Translations under genes and position numbers: made by a program | In this document: one piece after another, positions 1-11,526 of the stretch | How positions within the stretch are numbered: the stretch's first letter is position 1 | Layout of the letters: each line of letters begins with the position of its first letter | NCBI GenBank assembly: GCA_038087875.1 | Contig: JAXLNO010000079.1 | Location: 62,001-126,000, forward strand | DNA length: 64,000 nt | DNA from: Malacoraja senta | Lineage: Eukaryota | Direction: 5' to 3' | The notes under the pieces: generated by a model | What the model was told of the DNA's origin: nothing | What the model saw: only the letters and a program-made list of their open reading frames with translations | Database searches by the model: none

Positions 1-1211
1 AGGAGCACATTCTTTGGTCTGTAGGTTTATGAAAGGAATTTTCAACTCTAATCCTCCCAGACCTAGGTATACAGAAATTTGGAATGTAAAAGATGTACTG
101 ATGTTGCTAAGGAATTGGAATCCAGTTGAAACTCTGTCATTATCCAAAATCACCATGAAATTGGTTATGCTCATGGCATTAGTTTCAGCTCAGAGAGTTC
201 AAACATTACAGAAACTCAGAATTGATAGAATGAAAGTAGGGCCAAATGCCGTGACATTCTATGTCTATGATTTACTGAAGCAAAGTAGACCTAGGTTCAC
301 AGGATGCAAGTTGGAATTTTTTATCATATCCTACAGATCCACGACTGTGTGTAGTAACATATGTGAAATGTTACATAGAAACAACAAAAGTTTTAAGAGG
401 CACCGAATTGGCATTTTTTATTAGTCATAAAAAGCCTCATAAGAAAGTGTCAACACAAACAATTTCATGATGGTTGAAACAGGTGTTGAGATATTCAGGT
501 ATTGATACTGATAAATTTAAATCTCATTCCACCAGGGCGGCATCAACATCAGCGGCCAGGGATTCAGACAATAGACCTTATTCTCGCGGCCGCAGGATGG
601 GCAAGTGAACAGATGTTTCACAAGTATTATCATAAGGAGATTAAAGATCTCAGAGGGTTTGGTGATGCCATGCTGGATACAGTATTAAATCCCCCATTAT
701 AATACATGGGCCTAATTTTGTTATTTTTATTAAAATAAATAAAACCATTAACTGATTACATTCAAATGTTGTGGTTATGCATTGTTGATTGTGCTTACTC
801 AAATAGAGTCAATCGATGCAGTGAACACCTGGATTTGAATCCACGGTGTGAAATCACAGAGCTTTGAAATCTTCACGTAGTCACTCACGTGACTCCGAAG
901 TAAAATAGTAAGATTAAACGAGAACTTACCAAGTTTGAAGTTTGATCTTTATTTTATGAGGAGTAACGTTGAGGGATTACGTGCCCTCCGCTCCCACCCT
1001 CATAAAAGGATCAAGCTGGTAGTTCTAAGTCTTTATGCATCTTACTATCATACTTCGGTAATTATCGTCTGTGATTGTCACTCCGCTGCTTTGAAAGATT
1101 GACGCATGTGCGGCTGGACGGGGTCTTCTTCACGTAATCCCTCAACGTTACTCCTCATAAAATAAAGATCAAACTTCAAACTGGTAAGTTCTCGTTTAAT
1201 CTTACTATTTT
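1..1211 (+). mobile_element. DIRS-type tyrosine-recombinase retrotransposon, 3' end (frameshifted YR ORF, internal complementary region, right ITR)
   Basis: ORF 14-424 CRFMKGIFNSNPPRPRY..W..KLVMLMALVSAQRV; later frames give FKSHSTRAASTS and AAGW..F.KYY (phage-integrase motifs); 902-983 is the inverted complement of 1131-1211; ends in TTTT. Confidence 0.88.
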
Positions 1212-1650
1212 GGATGATCAGCCATGATCATATTGAATGGTGTTCCTGGCTCGAAGGGCCGAATGGCCTACTCCTGCACTATTTTCTATGTTTCTATGAT
1301 TTCTTTACCCCTAAGGGCCATGAACAAATGCAGTAGGATCTCCTAGCTCCTAAACTCAAATCCTCTCGTTGATTGATTGATTTTCAGAAAGTGTTTTAAA
1401 AGGTGCCACACGTGAGGCTGCTTTGGAAGATGAGAGCCCACAGTATCAAAGGGCAGATGCTAACATGGATAGCAGGTTGGCTGGATGGCAGAAGACAAAG
1501 AATGGCAATAAAGGGGGCTTTTTCTGGTTGGTTGCCAGTGACTAATGGAGTCCTGCAAGGGTCGGTGTTGGGGCCGCTACTCTTCACGTTTTATATTAAG
1601 GATTTGGACGAGGGGATTGAAGGCTTTGTGGCAAAGTTTGCGAATGATAC
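1212..1650 (+). mobile_element. CR1 fragments (3' tail plus RT fragment)
   Basis: gatcagccatgatcatattgaatgg tail; ORF 1403-1654 [19 protein letters not shown]. Confidence 0.8.
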
Positions 1651-4486
1651 ATAGATACATAGATACATAGAAAATAGGTGCAGGAGTAGGCCATTCAATA
1701 TGATCATGGCTGATCATCCAACTCAGTATCCCGTACCTGCCTTCTCTCCATACCCCCTGATCCCCTTAGCCACAAGGGCCACATCTAACTCCCTCTTAAA
1801 TATAGCCAATGAACTGGCCTCAACTACCCTCTGTGGCAGAGAGTTCCAGAGATTCACCACTCTCTGTGTGAAAAAGTTTTTCCTCATCTCGGTCTTAAAG
1901 GATTTCCCCCTTATCCTTAAGCTGTGACCCCTTGTCCTGGACTTCCCCAAAATCGGGAACAATCTTCCTGCATCTAGCCTGTCCAACCCCATAAGAATTT
2001 TGTACGTTTCTATAAGATCCCCTCTGAATCTCCTAAATTCTAGCAAGTATAAGCCAAGTCCATCCAGTCTTTCTTCATATGAAAGTCCTGACATCCCAGG
2101 AATCAGTCTGGTGAACCTTCTCTGCACTCCCTCTATGGCTATAATGTCCTTCCTCAGATTTGGAGACCCAAACAGTACGCAATACTCCAGGTGTGGTCTC
2201 ACCAAGACCCTGTACAACTGCAGTAGAACCTCCCTGCTCCTATACTCAAATCCTTTTGCTATGAAGGCCAACATACCATTCGCTTTCTTCACTGCCTGCT
2301 GCACCTGCATGCCTACTTTCAATGACTGGTGTACCATGACACCCAGGTCTCGCTGCATCTCCCCATTTCCTAATCGGCCACCATTTAGATAATAGTCTGC
2401 CTTCCCGTTTTTGCCACCAAAGTGGATAACCTCACATTTATCCACATTATACTGCATCTGCCAAACATTTGCCCACTCACCCAGCCTATCCAAGTCACCT
2501 TGCAGTCTAGTAGCATCCTCCTCACAGCTAACACTGCCCCCCAGCTTAGTGTCATCCGCAAACTTGGAGATGTTGCTTTCAATTCCCTCGTCCAGATCAT
2601 TAACATAAATTGTAAATAGCTGGGGTCCCAGCACTGAGCCTTGCGGTACCCCACTAGTCACTGCCTGCCATTGTGAAAAGGACCCGTTTACTCCTACTCT
2701 TTTCTTCCTGTTTGCCAGCCAGTTCTCTATCCACATCAATACTGAACCCCCAATACCGTGTGATTTAAGTTTGTATCCTAATCTCTTATGTGGTACCTTG
2801 TCGAAAGCCTTCTGAAAGTCCAGATACAACACATCCTCTGGTTCTCCCCTATCCACTCTACTAGTTACATCCTCGAAAAATTCTATAAGATTCGTCAGAC
2901 ACGATTTACCTTTCGTAAATCCATGCTGACTTTGTTCAATGATTTCACCACTTTCCAAATGTGCTGCTATCCCATCTTTAATAACTGACTCTAGCAGTTT
3001 CCCCACTACCGATGTTAGACTAACTGGTCTGTAATTCCCCGTTTTCTCTCTCCCTCCCTTCTTAAAAAGTGGGGTTACGTTTGCTACCCTCCAATCCTCA
3101 GGAACTACTCCAGAATCTAAAGAATCTAAAAATTATCACTAATGCATCCACTATTTCTGGAGCTACTTCCTTAAGTACTCTGGGATGCAGCCTATCTGGC
3201 CCTGGTGATTTATCGGCCTTTAATCCATTCAATTTACCCAACACCACTTCCCGACTAACCTGGATTTCACTCAGTTCCTCCATCTCCTTTGACCCGCGGC
3301 CCCCTGCTATTTCCGGCAGATTATTTATGTCTTCCTTGGTGAAGACGGAACCAAAGTAGTTATTGAATTGGTCCGCCATATCCTTGTTCCCCATGATCAA
3401 TTCACCTGTTTCTGACTGCAAGGGACCTACATTTGTTTTAACTAATCTCTTTCTCTTCACATATCTATAAAAACTTTTGCAGTCAGTTTTTATGTTCCCT
3501 GCCAGTTTTCTTTCATAATCTATTTTCGCTTTCCTAATTAAGCCCTATGTCCTCCTCTGCTGGTCTCTGAATTTCTCCCAGTCCTCTGGTATGCTGCTTT
3601 TTCTGGCTAATTTGCACGCATCATCTTTTGCTTTGATACCATCCCTGATTTCCCTTGTTATCCACGGATGCACTACCTTCCCTGATTTATTCTTTTGCCA
3701 AACTGGGATGAACAATTTTTGTAGTTCATCCATGCAGTCTTTAAATGCCTTCCATTGCATATCCACCGTCAACCCTTTTAGAACCAATTGCCAGTCAATC
3801 TTGGCCAATTCACGTCTCATACCCTCAAAGTTACCTTTCTTTAAGTTCAGAACCGTTGTTTCTGAATTAACAATGTCACTCTCCATCCTAATGAAGAACT
3901 GAACCATATTATGGTCACTCTTGCCCAAGGGGGCACGCACAACAAGACTGCTAACTAACCCTTCCTCATTACTCAATACCCAGTCTAGAAGAGCCTGCTC
4001 TCTCGTTGGTTCCTCTACATGTTGGTTTAGATAACTATCCCGCATACATTCCAAAAAATCCTCTTCCACAGCACCCCTGCCAATTTGATTCACCCAATCT
4101 ATATGTAGATTGAAGTCACGCATTATAACTGTTTTGCCTTTGTTGCACGCATTTCTAATTTCCTGTTTGATGCCATCCCCAACTTCACTACTACTGCTAG
4201 GTGGCCTGTACACAACACCCACCAGCGTTTTCTGCCCCTTAGTGTTTCGCAGCTCTACCCATACCGATTCCACATCCTCCAAGCTAATGTCCTTCCTTTC
4301 CACTGCGTTAATCTCCTCTCTAACCAGCAACGCTACTCCACCACCTTTTCCTTTCTCTCTATCCCTCCTGAATATTGAATATCCCTGGATGTTCAGCTCC
4401 CAGCCTTGGTCACCCTGGAGCCATGTCTCCGTGATCCCAACTATATCATAATCATTAATAGCTATCTGCACGTTCAACTCATCCAC
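1651..4486 (-). mobile_element. CR1 LINE, 5'-truncated, frameshifted ORF2 (APE endonuclease + RT)
   Basis: ORFs 3545-4486 (GITETW, GGGV, SDHN), 3098-3460 and 1723-3006 ([25 protein letters not shown]); (tatctatg)n tail. Confidence 0.95.
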
Positions 4487-5360
4487 CTACTTAAGTTCTC
4501 AGCTAATGACTCTTCTTCAGTTTGGAAGGGCATGCAAGAAATTACTAGATATAAGAGGAAATCCCCCCGCTCTTTGGACAATCGTCAGCTGACCAACGAC
4601 CTGAATGAGTTTTACTGCAGGTTTGAAAATTGGAAACATAACCCTGGTACCCCCTCTCCAACAAACACCGCCAGACCCCAGTCTGCAAAGAATGGACCCT
4701 GCACCCACTCCTCCCCATTCACCACTTCACACCTACTTAAGGCAAAGCAGTATGAAAAGACTGGACCCTTTCCCACCCCAACTAACACTTCACACCCACT
4801 CATAGCCTGACCTCAGTCTGCAAAGACTGGGCCCTTCTACACCCACCCCTCTCCAATCATCACTTCACACCCATTTACCCACACCCTCCTTGCTGAACCA
4901 CATCATTTCATCAACAGTAAAAATAAAGAAGGTGGAGAGGCTTTTCAAAAGACAGAAAATCCGGAAATCTCCAGGACCTGACAATGTTTCCCCCTCTACT
5001 CTCAAGCTCTGTGCCAAACAACTGGCACCGGTCTACACAGACATTTTTCACCAGTCCCTGCAAACATGTACTGTCCCTGCATACTTCAAAGTGTCCACTA
5101 TTGTCCCTGTACCCAAAAAGGCAAGGATTACTTGTCTTAATGACTACAGGCCTGTCGCAGTGACCTCTGTAGTTATGAAGACACTTGAAAGGCTTGTGCT
5201 GGCCAAGCTGAAAAATATCACGATTCCCCTGCTGGACCCTCTGCAGTTTGCATATCGGGCCAATAGATCTGTGGATGACGCAGTCAACATGGGCCTGCAC
5301 TTCATCCTCCAGCACCTAGACCGCCAGGGGACCTATGCAAGGATTTTGTTTGTTGATTTT

Positions 5361-7657
5361 ATTATTTTTTATAAATTTTTATTTATTAGAAGTACATTAC
5401 ATTACAACCACATACATTAATACTCGTCATTTATATCTTCTTACAATTAATGTACTCCCTTTATTTATTTTTTTACACTAGAAAAGGAAAAGATTGAAAG
5501 AAAGAAGAAAGTGAAGGAAAAAGTGAAAGTGTAAAAAAGTGTAGAAAATGTAACAACAAAAAAGGACGAAGACCCTATAAGAGCGAAATTAAAAACAAAA
5601 GAAAAAGAGTTAAGAAATAGGCCCTAGGAAAAAAAAGAGAGAGAGAGGAAATAAAAAAAAGAAAAAAATATATTTTTTTGAGCATTACGTAAATAGGACA
5701 TACCAACTCTTCAACTATCATCCCCCCTTACCTGACCTCAATTTTTTATTTTTTTTAAAGTACTTTTGCACCCTATGTTTGTAATAATTCTATAAATGCA
5801 GACCACGTCAGGTGGAAGTGATCTGGTTTACCTGCTAGGAGGAGTCTTATCTCTTCTAGGTGTAATGTTTCAAACATATTTGAAATCCACATATTTATAG
5901 TTGGTATTGGAGCCTTCTTCCAAAATTTTAGAATTAGCTTTTTTCCAGTTATTAACCCATAGTCCATTAATTTCTTTTGAAACACATTTAGTGTCTGAAG
6001 AAGGGTTTCGGCCCGAAACGTTACCTATTTCCTTCGCTCCATAGATGCTGCTGCACCCGCTGAGTTTCTCCAGCATTTTTGTGTACCTTAGTTCTGGATC
6101 ATCTTCCGTTATTCCGAAGATAATCCATTCTGCTTTGGGTATCAGTCTTGTTTTAAATAACTTTGTAAAGATTTCAAAAATTTCATTCCAAAATTTTTGA
6201 ATTTTTGTACAGAAGACGAATGAGTGCGCTATAGTAGCTTCTTGGGATTGACATTTATCACAAATAGATGATACATTTGGGAAAATTTTATGAATTTTAG
6301 TTTTCGAATAATATAATCTATGTAAAATTTTAAATTGTATTAAAGTGTGTCTTACATTAATCAAACATTTATGCACGTTTAATAAGTATTCATTCCAACT
6401 TTCCTTTGAAATTTTAATAGCTAACTCTTGTTCCCAGTCTCTTCTGATACCCTCCGTAGGTGGTATTTGTACATTTAAAATAATATTATACAAATATATT
6501 AAGTTTGCTGATTCCGCTTTTATCTGCATTGCATCATCCAATACATCTACTGGGTTATTATAATGATCTTTTGTATATTTTTTCAAATAGTCGCATATTT
6601 GAAAATATTTAAAATATTGATTATTTCCGAGTTTATATTTTATTTGTAATTGTTGAAATGAAAGTAATTTTCCAGTTTCATACAAGTCACCAAGCGTTTT
6701 AATTCCTAGTCTATCCCATTGTGTATAAGCTTTATCTATAATAGGACTAAACGAAGGGTTATTGACTATAGGTAATAAAAGTGATAAATTTCTTAATTTT
6801 AAATTTTGTTTTATTTGTTTCCAAATACGGATTGTACTATGAATAATTGGGTTCTTATTATAATTTATGTTATTCAGTTTCATTGGAGAGAGGAGGATCG
6901 CTCCAATGTTTCTAGAGGAGCAATCCTCTTTCTCCATTACAATCCAGTCTACTTGCTGGGCGGAGTTATCCATCAGTTGAATCATGTTTTTAATATTTAC
7001 TGACCAATAATAATACATAAAATTAGGTAGTGCTAAACCCCCCAATACTTTAGGTTTATTCAGATGAGTTTTTTGTATTCTATGTGATTTATAGTCCCAT
7101 ATAAAATTAGTGATATCTGAGTCGAGTTTTTTAAAAAACTTCTTAGGTAAGTATATAGGAATTGATTGAAATAGGTATAAAATTTGTGGTAAAAAGATCA
7201 TTTTTATTGCGTTTATTCGGCCTATTAAAGACATCGGGAGCGTTTTCCAGAATTTAATTAGTGTATTTAATTTATTAAGTAGGGGGTCAAAATTTGCCCT
7301 GAACATACCTTGATATGTTCTGGTAATTTCGATTCCCAAATATTTAAATTTTTCTGTAGCTATTTTAAAAGGGAATTTTAAAAGATGTGTTGAATCTTTC
7401 GGTTTTATTGACATAATTTCACTTTTATTCCAATTTATTCTATATCCAGAAAAAGATCCAAAGTCTTCAATTAAATTTAATATATTTGGTATAGTGATTT
7501 GAGGTTTTGTAATATACAGTAATATATCATCCGCGTATAAAGATATTTTATTATATGAGTCTTTAGTATTATATCCATGAATATCAGGGTGTATTCTAAT
7601 TTTTTCTGCTAGTGGTTCAATAATGAGAGCAAACAGCTGTGGTGATAATGAGCATCC
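5361..7657 (-). mobile_element. L1/Tx1-clade LINE, 5'-truncated, 14-bp TSD
   Basis: [42 protein letters not shown] tgtttgttgatttt at 5347-5360 and 7658-7671; TTTT/A target. Confidence 0.92.
5993..6087 (+). mobile_element. Short Penelope-derived insert with hammerhead-like core, inside L1
   Basis: ctgaagaagggtttcggcccgaaacgtt; TSD ttagt; absent from the sister L1 copy at about 29335. Confidence 0.8.
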
Positions 7658-7782
7658 TGTTTGTTGATTTTAGCTCTGCATTCAACACCATTGTGCCAGA
7701 GCTACTACAATCCAAACTTTCTGAGTTGACTGTGCCTGAACCCCTCCGTCAGTGGATCACCAGCTTCCTGACAGACAGGAAG

Positions 7783-8040
7783 GGGGGAACCTCAATGAAA
7801 CATGCCGGTGAAAGGCTTGGATAGAGTGGATGTGGAGAGGATGTTTCCACTAGTGGGAGAGTCTAGAACTAGAGGTCCTAGAATTAAATGACGTTCTTTT
7901 AGGAAGGAGATGAGGAGAAAGTTCTTTAGTCAGAGGGTGGTGGTGAATCTGTGGAATTCCTTGCCACAGAAGGCTGTGGAGGCCGTCAGTGGATATTTTT
8001 AAGGCAGTAATAGATTCTTGATTTGTACGGCTGTCAGAGG
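7783..8040 (+). mobile_element. CR1 3' fragment
   Basis: ggatagagtggatgtggagaggatgtttccac..gtgaatctgtggaattc matches other CR1 3' ends in the window. Confidence 0.8.
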
Positions 8041-8360
8041 TTCTTGGTTCTTGGTTTCTTGGTCTTCCAAAATATTCCAAATGGAATTTAAACTGGAGGT
8101 GGTGGAGGGAGGACTTAAGCCAGAAAGGGTTTTTGGGAAGAAAGAGCTACCTTAAATTTAGTTGCATCTGGTTGGGTAACTAAAGTAGGGTGGAGATTAT
8201 TCCATGCTTTAATTGTGCGGGGGAACAATTAATTGCTGTACACATCTGTCTTGGTAGCTGGAATCACAAATTGGATCGAATGCCCTCGTCTGCTCCTAAT
8301 TGGTTTGGGTTTGGTGTAGGTCTTGTAATCTATGTCGAGCTGACCATTTAACATTTTGTA
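8041..8360 (-). mobile_element. LINE 3' end (CR1/L2 group, Crack/Daphne-like)
   Basis: Minus-strand FPRTIKAWNNL motif and (ccaagaa)n tail. Confidence 0.55.
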
Positions 8361-8460
8361 CCCCATTTATGGGGAGAAGGTAGGAGGATGGGTTTAGGAG
8401 GGAGAGATAGATCAGCCACGATTGAATGGCGGAGTAGACTTGATGGGTCGAATGGCCTAA

Positions 8461-8720
8461 TTTTACTTCGGAGTCACGTGAGTGACTACGTGGAGAAGAA
8501 GAGCCCGTCCAGCCACACACGCGTCATATCGTCAGACACATAGCGAAGTGCCGATGTTTGGAGCGAGCAGAGCTCCTCCAAACCGGTAAGTAAAAAGCAA
8601 ACCAAAAGTAAAAAGCCCGAAGGTAAGTTTTTACTTATGGTTTTCAGGCGATTTAAAAGACTTGTAGTAATAAAATACAAGTCATAATAAAGGAAATTGT
8701 GGAGGTGTACCGCAGACTGC
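8461..8720 (+). mobile_element. DIRS left ITR / 5' fragment of the same family
   Basis: Starts ttttacttcggagtcacgtgagtgactacgtg, the reverse complement of about 874-905; continues complementary to the right ITR (1101-1136). End approximate. Confidence 0.8.
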
Positions 8721-9045
8721 CTTTGGCACATATCCCTCTCAATCATTTATCCATCCAAATGTCTTTCAGATGTTGTTACAACATCTGCCTCAACTACTTC
8801 CTCAAAATTCCTCTCCTAGATCAATAAGCATGTTATTTTCTCAGTGAAGTTCCCAATCTTTATTCTCCAATATTCAAATCTTTACTCTGTGTGCCAAACT
8901 CCAGAAGTTAATTGTCCCATCATGTATCAGGGAAGTGTGATCCGTGCTCTCAGCGAAGCTAAAACAGCCCCAAACCAATCCTCAACTTGAAGTAATGGCA
9001 TCCACTGAGAACCAGTCCTTTGGGAATTCCATGAGACTAGAAGAA

Positions 9046-9327
9046 CAAATTGGAGGAACAGCACCTCATATTTTACTTGGGTAGTTTGCACCCCAGCGGT
9101 ATGAACATTGAGTTCTCTAACTTCAGGTAGGCCTTGCTTTCTCTCTCCATCCCCTCCCCCTTCCCAGTTCTCCCACTAGTCTTACTGTCTCCGCCTACAT
9201 CCTTTCTCTGTCCTGCCCCCTCCCCTGACATCAGTCTGAAGAAGGGTCTCGACCCGAAACATCGCCAATTCCTTCTCTCCATAAATGCTGCCTCACCCGC
9301 TGAGTTACTCCAGCATTTTGTGTCTAT
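9046..9327 (+). mobile_element. Penelope-like element 3' end (GIY-YIG C-terminus plus terminal repeat with hammerhead-like core at 9236-9263)
   Basis: KLEEQHLIFYLGSLHPSGMNIEFSNFR*, then a pyrimidine tract and ctgaagaagggtctcgacccgaaacatc. Confidence 0.85.
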
Positions 9328-9869
9328 CCATGAGAGACTGCTGTTTAAGGCCATTGTGCTTCTTTTATGACTTTGTAACTAAAACACAGGTGCTGTGCAG
9401 AATTGTACTGAAGACATGGCTTTCATACTTATAAGCATGACACATTGTACATCAAATATTTAAGAAAAATTGTTCCACTGTTGCTCTGATAGAAATAGCA
9501 AACTATCTAAAAGCATCAATTAGTGCTTTGTTTCCTACTGGGCAACAACACTCAATAATTTGAGATATTTAAAGAAAAATAGGGCTGTCTGTTGTGAGAT
9601 TTATTGGCATAGAATTCGCTATTAGCACAGAGATATCCTCAATGTTCCCAACACAGATTTAGTGATCTCCACTTTGCTACTAACTTCAGGAGGCAGGTCA
9701 AAGTGATCCCTGGCCAATATAAAGCCCTGAGCTTTATCAAAAAAAATCTCAGAGAGGAAATGTTTGTTTAAAAATAGGTTGCTAAATAAGTTCATAAGTT
9801 CCAGGAGCAAAATTAGGCCATTCGGCCCATTGTCTACTCCCACCATTCAATCATGGCTGTGTTACACTC

Positions 9870-10410
9870 ATGTATTGTGTTCAGTTCTGGGCACCGTGTT
9901 AAAGGAAAGATATTGTCAAACTTGAAAGGGTTCAGAGAAGATTTACGAGGATGTTGCCAGGACTAGAGGGTCTGAGCTATAGGGAGAGGTTGAGTAGGCT
10001 GGGTCTCTACACCTTGGAGCGCAGGAAGAGGAGGGGTGGGTGATCTTATGGAGGTGTATAAAATCATGAGAGGAATAGATCGGTTGGATGCACAGAATAT
10101 CTTGCCCAGAGCAGGGGAAATCGAGGACCAGTGGACATAGGTTCAAGTTGAAGGGGAACAGATTTAATAGGAATCTGAGGGATAAATTTTCACCACAAAG
10201 TGTGGTGGGTGTATGGAACAAGCTGCCAGAGGAGGTAGTTGAGGCTGGGACTATCCCAACATTAAAGAAACAGTTAGACTGGTGCATGGATACGACATGT
10301 TTGGAGGGATATGGACCAAATGCAGGCAGGTGGGACTAGTGCAGTTGGGACATGTGGGCCGGTATGGGCAAGTTGGGCCAAAGGGCCTGTTTCCACACTG
10401 TATCGCTCTA
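9870..10410 (+). mobile_element. CR1 3' fragment, nested in another CR1 tail (about 9790-9860 and 10410-10520, minus)
   Basis: [35 protein letters not shown]. Confidence 0.85.
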
Positions 10411-11132
10411 TGGCTGATCTATTTTTCCCTCTCAACCCAATTATCCTGCTTTCTCCCCATAACCCCTGACATCCTTAATAATCCAGAATCTGTCAATCCC
10501 TGCCTTAAAAATATCCTTTGAGGGTAGCAACACCTAAACATAATTATATTAGGAATTAAAATAGAAAATAAACTTTTGATATGTATTAAAAAAACATATG
10601 TTAGAATAAAGTAAAAAATATAACATACAAAATGGTTTTCAATGTCAGAATATTTGCCAGGTATTAATTATGACTTGGTACATCCTTAAAAACTCAATGA
10701 CCAAAAATATTCTTTTGCTGGGACCAGTTCAAGAGATTTCAGCTTAGTTGGACTGGAGAGATCAGTGTTACCTGGGAGAGCATGTTGAGTTACTAACACA
10801 ATCTGGACAATTCCACATGAAGATGAACTTGTGTGATCATCACAAGTTGTTACAGCTCCATGTAATATCAACAGCAAAGCTGGCTACATCACAAGACTAC
10901 ATCCAGACCATCAAACTTTCACACTGATGAAATAATTGAGTACATTTCCTATTGATTTCCTTAAGGAGCTTAAATTTCAACATTTATAAAAAACAAATTT
11001 TATTTTTCTTTGATACATCAAATACAATGCAAACACTGAAGATAAGTAGACACATCAATTTTAAAATCAATCTTGCACAAGCTATTACTTCAGACAAGTG
11101 CACGTTCTTTTGCTACATTTTCAGATTAGGCT

Positions 11133-11138
11133 TTTATT
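11133..11138 (-). promoter_or_regulatory. candidate ARMC9 polyadenylation signal (AATAAA); another at 10998-11003
   Basis: TTTATT on + strand about 370 nt past the stop codon, in unique AT-rich sequence. Confidence 0.35.
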
Positions 11139-11503
11139 TATTTCATTGTCAAGGCAAGATGGTAAAATACAAGTAGATTCCTCAAAAGTATTGCAATTAT
11201 AAACAAGCATTGCACGTTTTAAAGTATTAGAAACAGAAGCTAAGACATTTATATAAAAATAAAAAATAAAATGAAATTGCAATAAAACACAGGAATAAAT
11301 AATAATTATTTATATTTCTGAAGTGTTCATTTAGTCATGTTGTACAAAAAGCAAGGTTTCTGGCATGATCCCTCTCTATCGCATAATCCCACTCATTTTT
11401 CCAACTCGACCTCTGACGATATCATTTGAGAAGCAGAACCATTACAGGAAGTTGGCTACATTTTGAAAACTTTAGCAGGTGATTCCTGAGGAAAGATGTG
11501 TCG

Positions 11504-11526
11504 TCATTTCCTGAATGACTGGCTGC
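11504..11526 (-). CDS. ARMC9: ARMC9 last coding exon (SSQSFRK*), followed by 3' UTR
   Basis: cttttgtag|GC AGC CAG TCA TTC AGG AAA TGA; matches recalled mammalian terminus SSQSHRK. Confidence 0.85.

Larger units (their letters stand above)
4487..7782 (+). mobile_element. Rex1/Babar-like LINE RT fragment, split by an L1 insertion (pieces 4487-5360 and 7658-7782)
   Basis: LNDYRPVAVTSVVMK..LDPLQFAYRANRSVDDA..GTYARILFVDF resumes as FVDFSSAFNTIVP after the insertion. Confidence 0.85.

Noticed and set aside
14..702. Phage integrase suggesting prophage or bacterial contamination
   Set aside because: The ITR/ICR structure and vertebrate repeat context identify it as a DIRS tyrosine recombinase.
2000..4451. 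Plus-strand ORFs of 100-130 aa (and similar antisense ORFs elsewhere)
   Set aside because: They are antisense shadows of CR1, L1 or Tc1 coding sequence.
1..8720. One large DIRS element with cargo between 1211 and 8461
   Set aside because: The order is 3' end then 5' end in the same orientation, so these are two copies and the intervening DNA is unrelated LINE debris.
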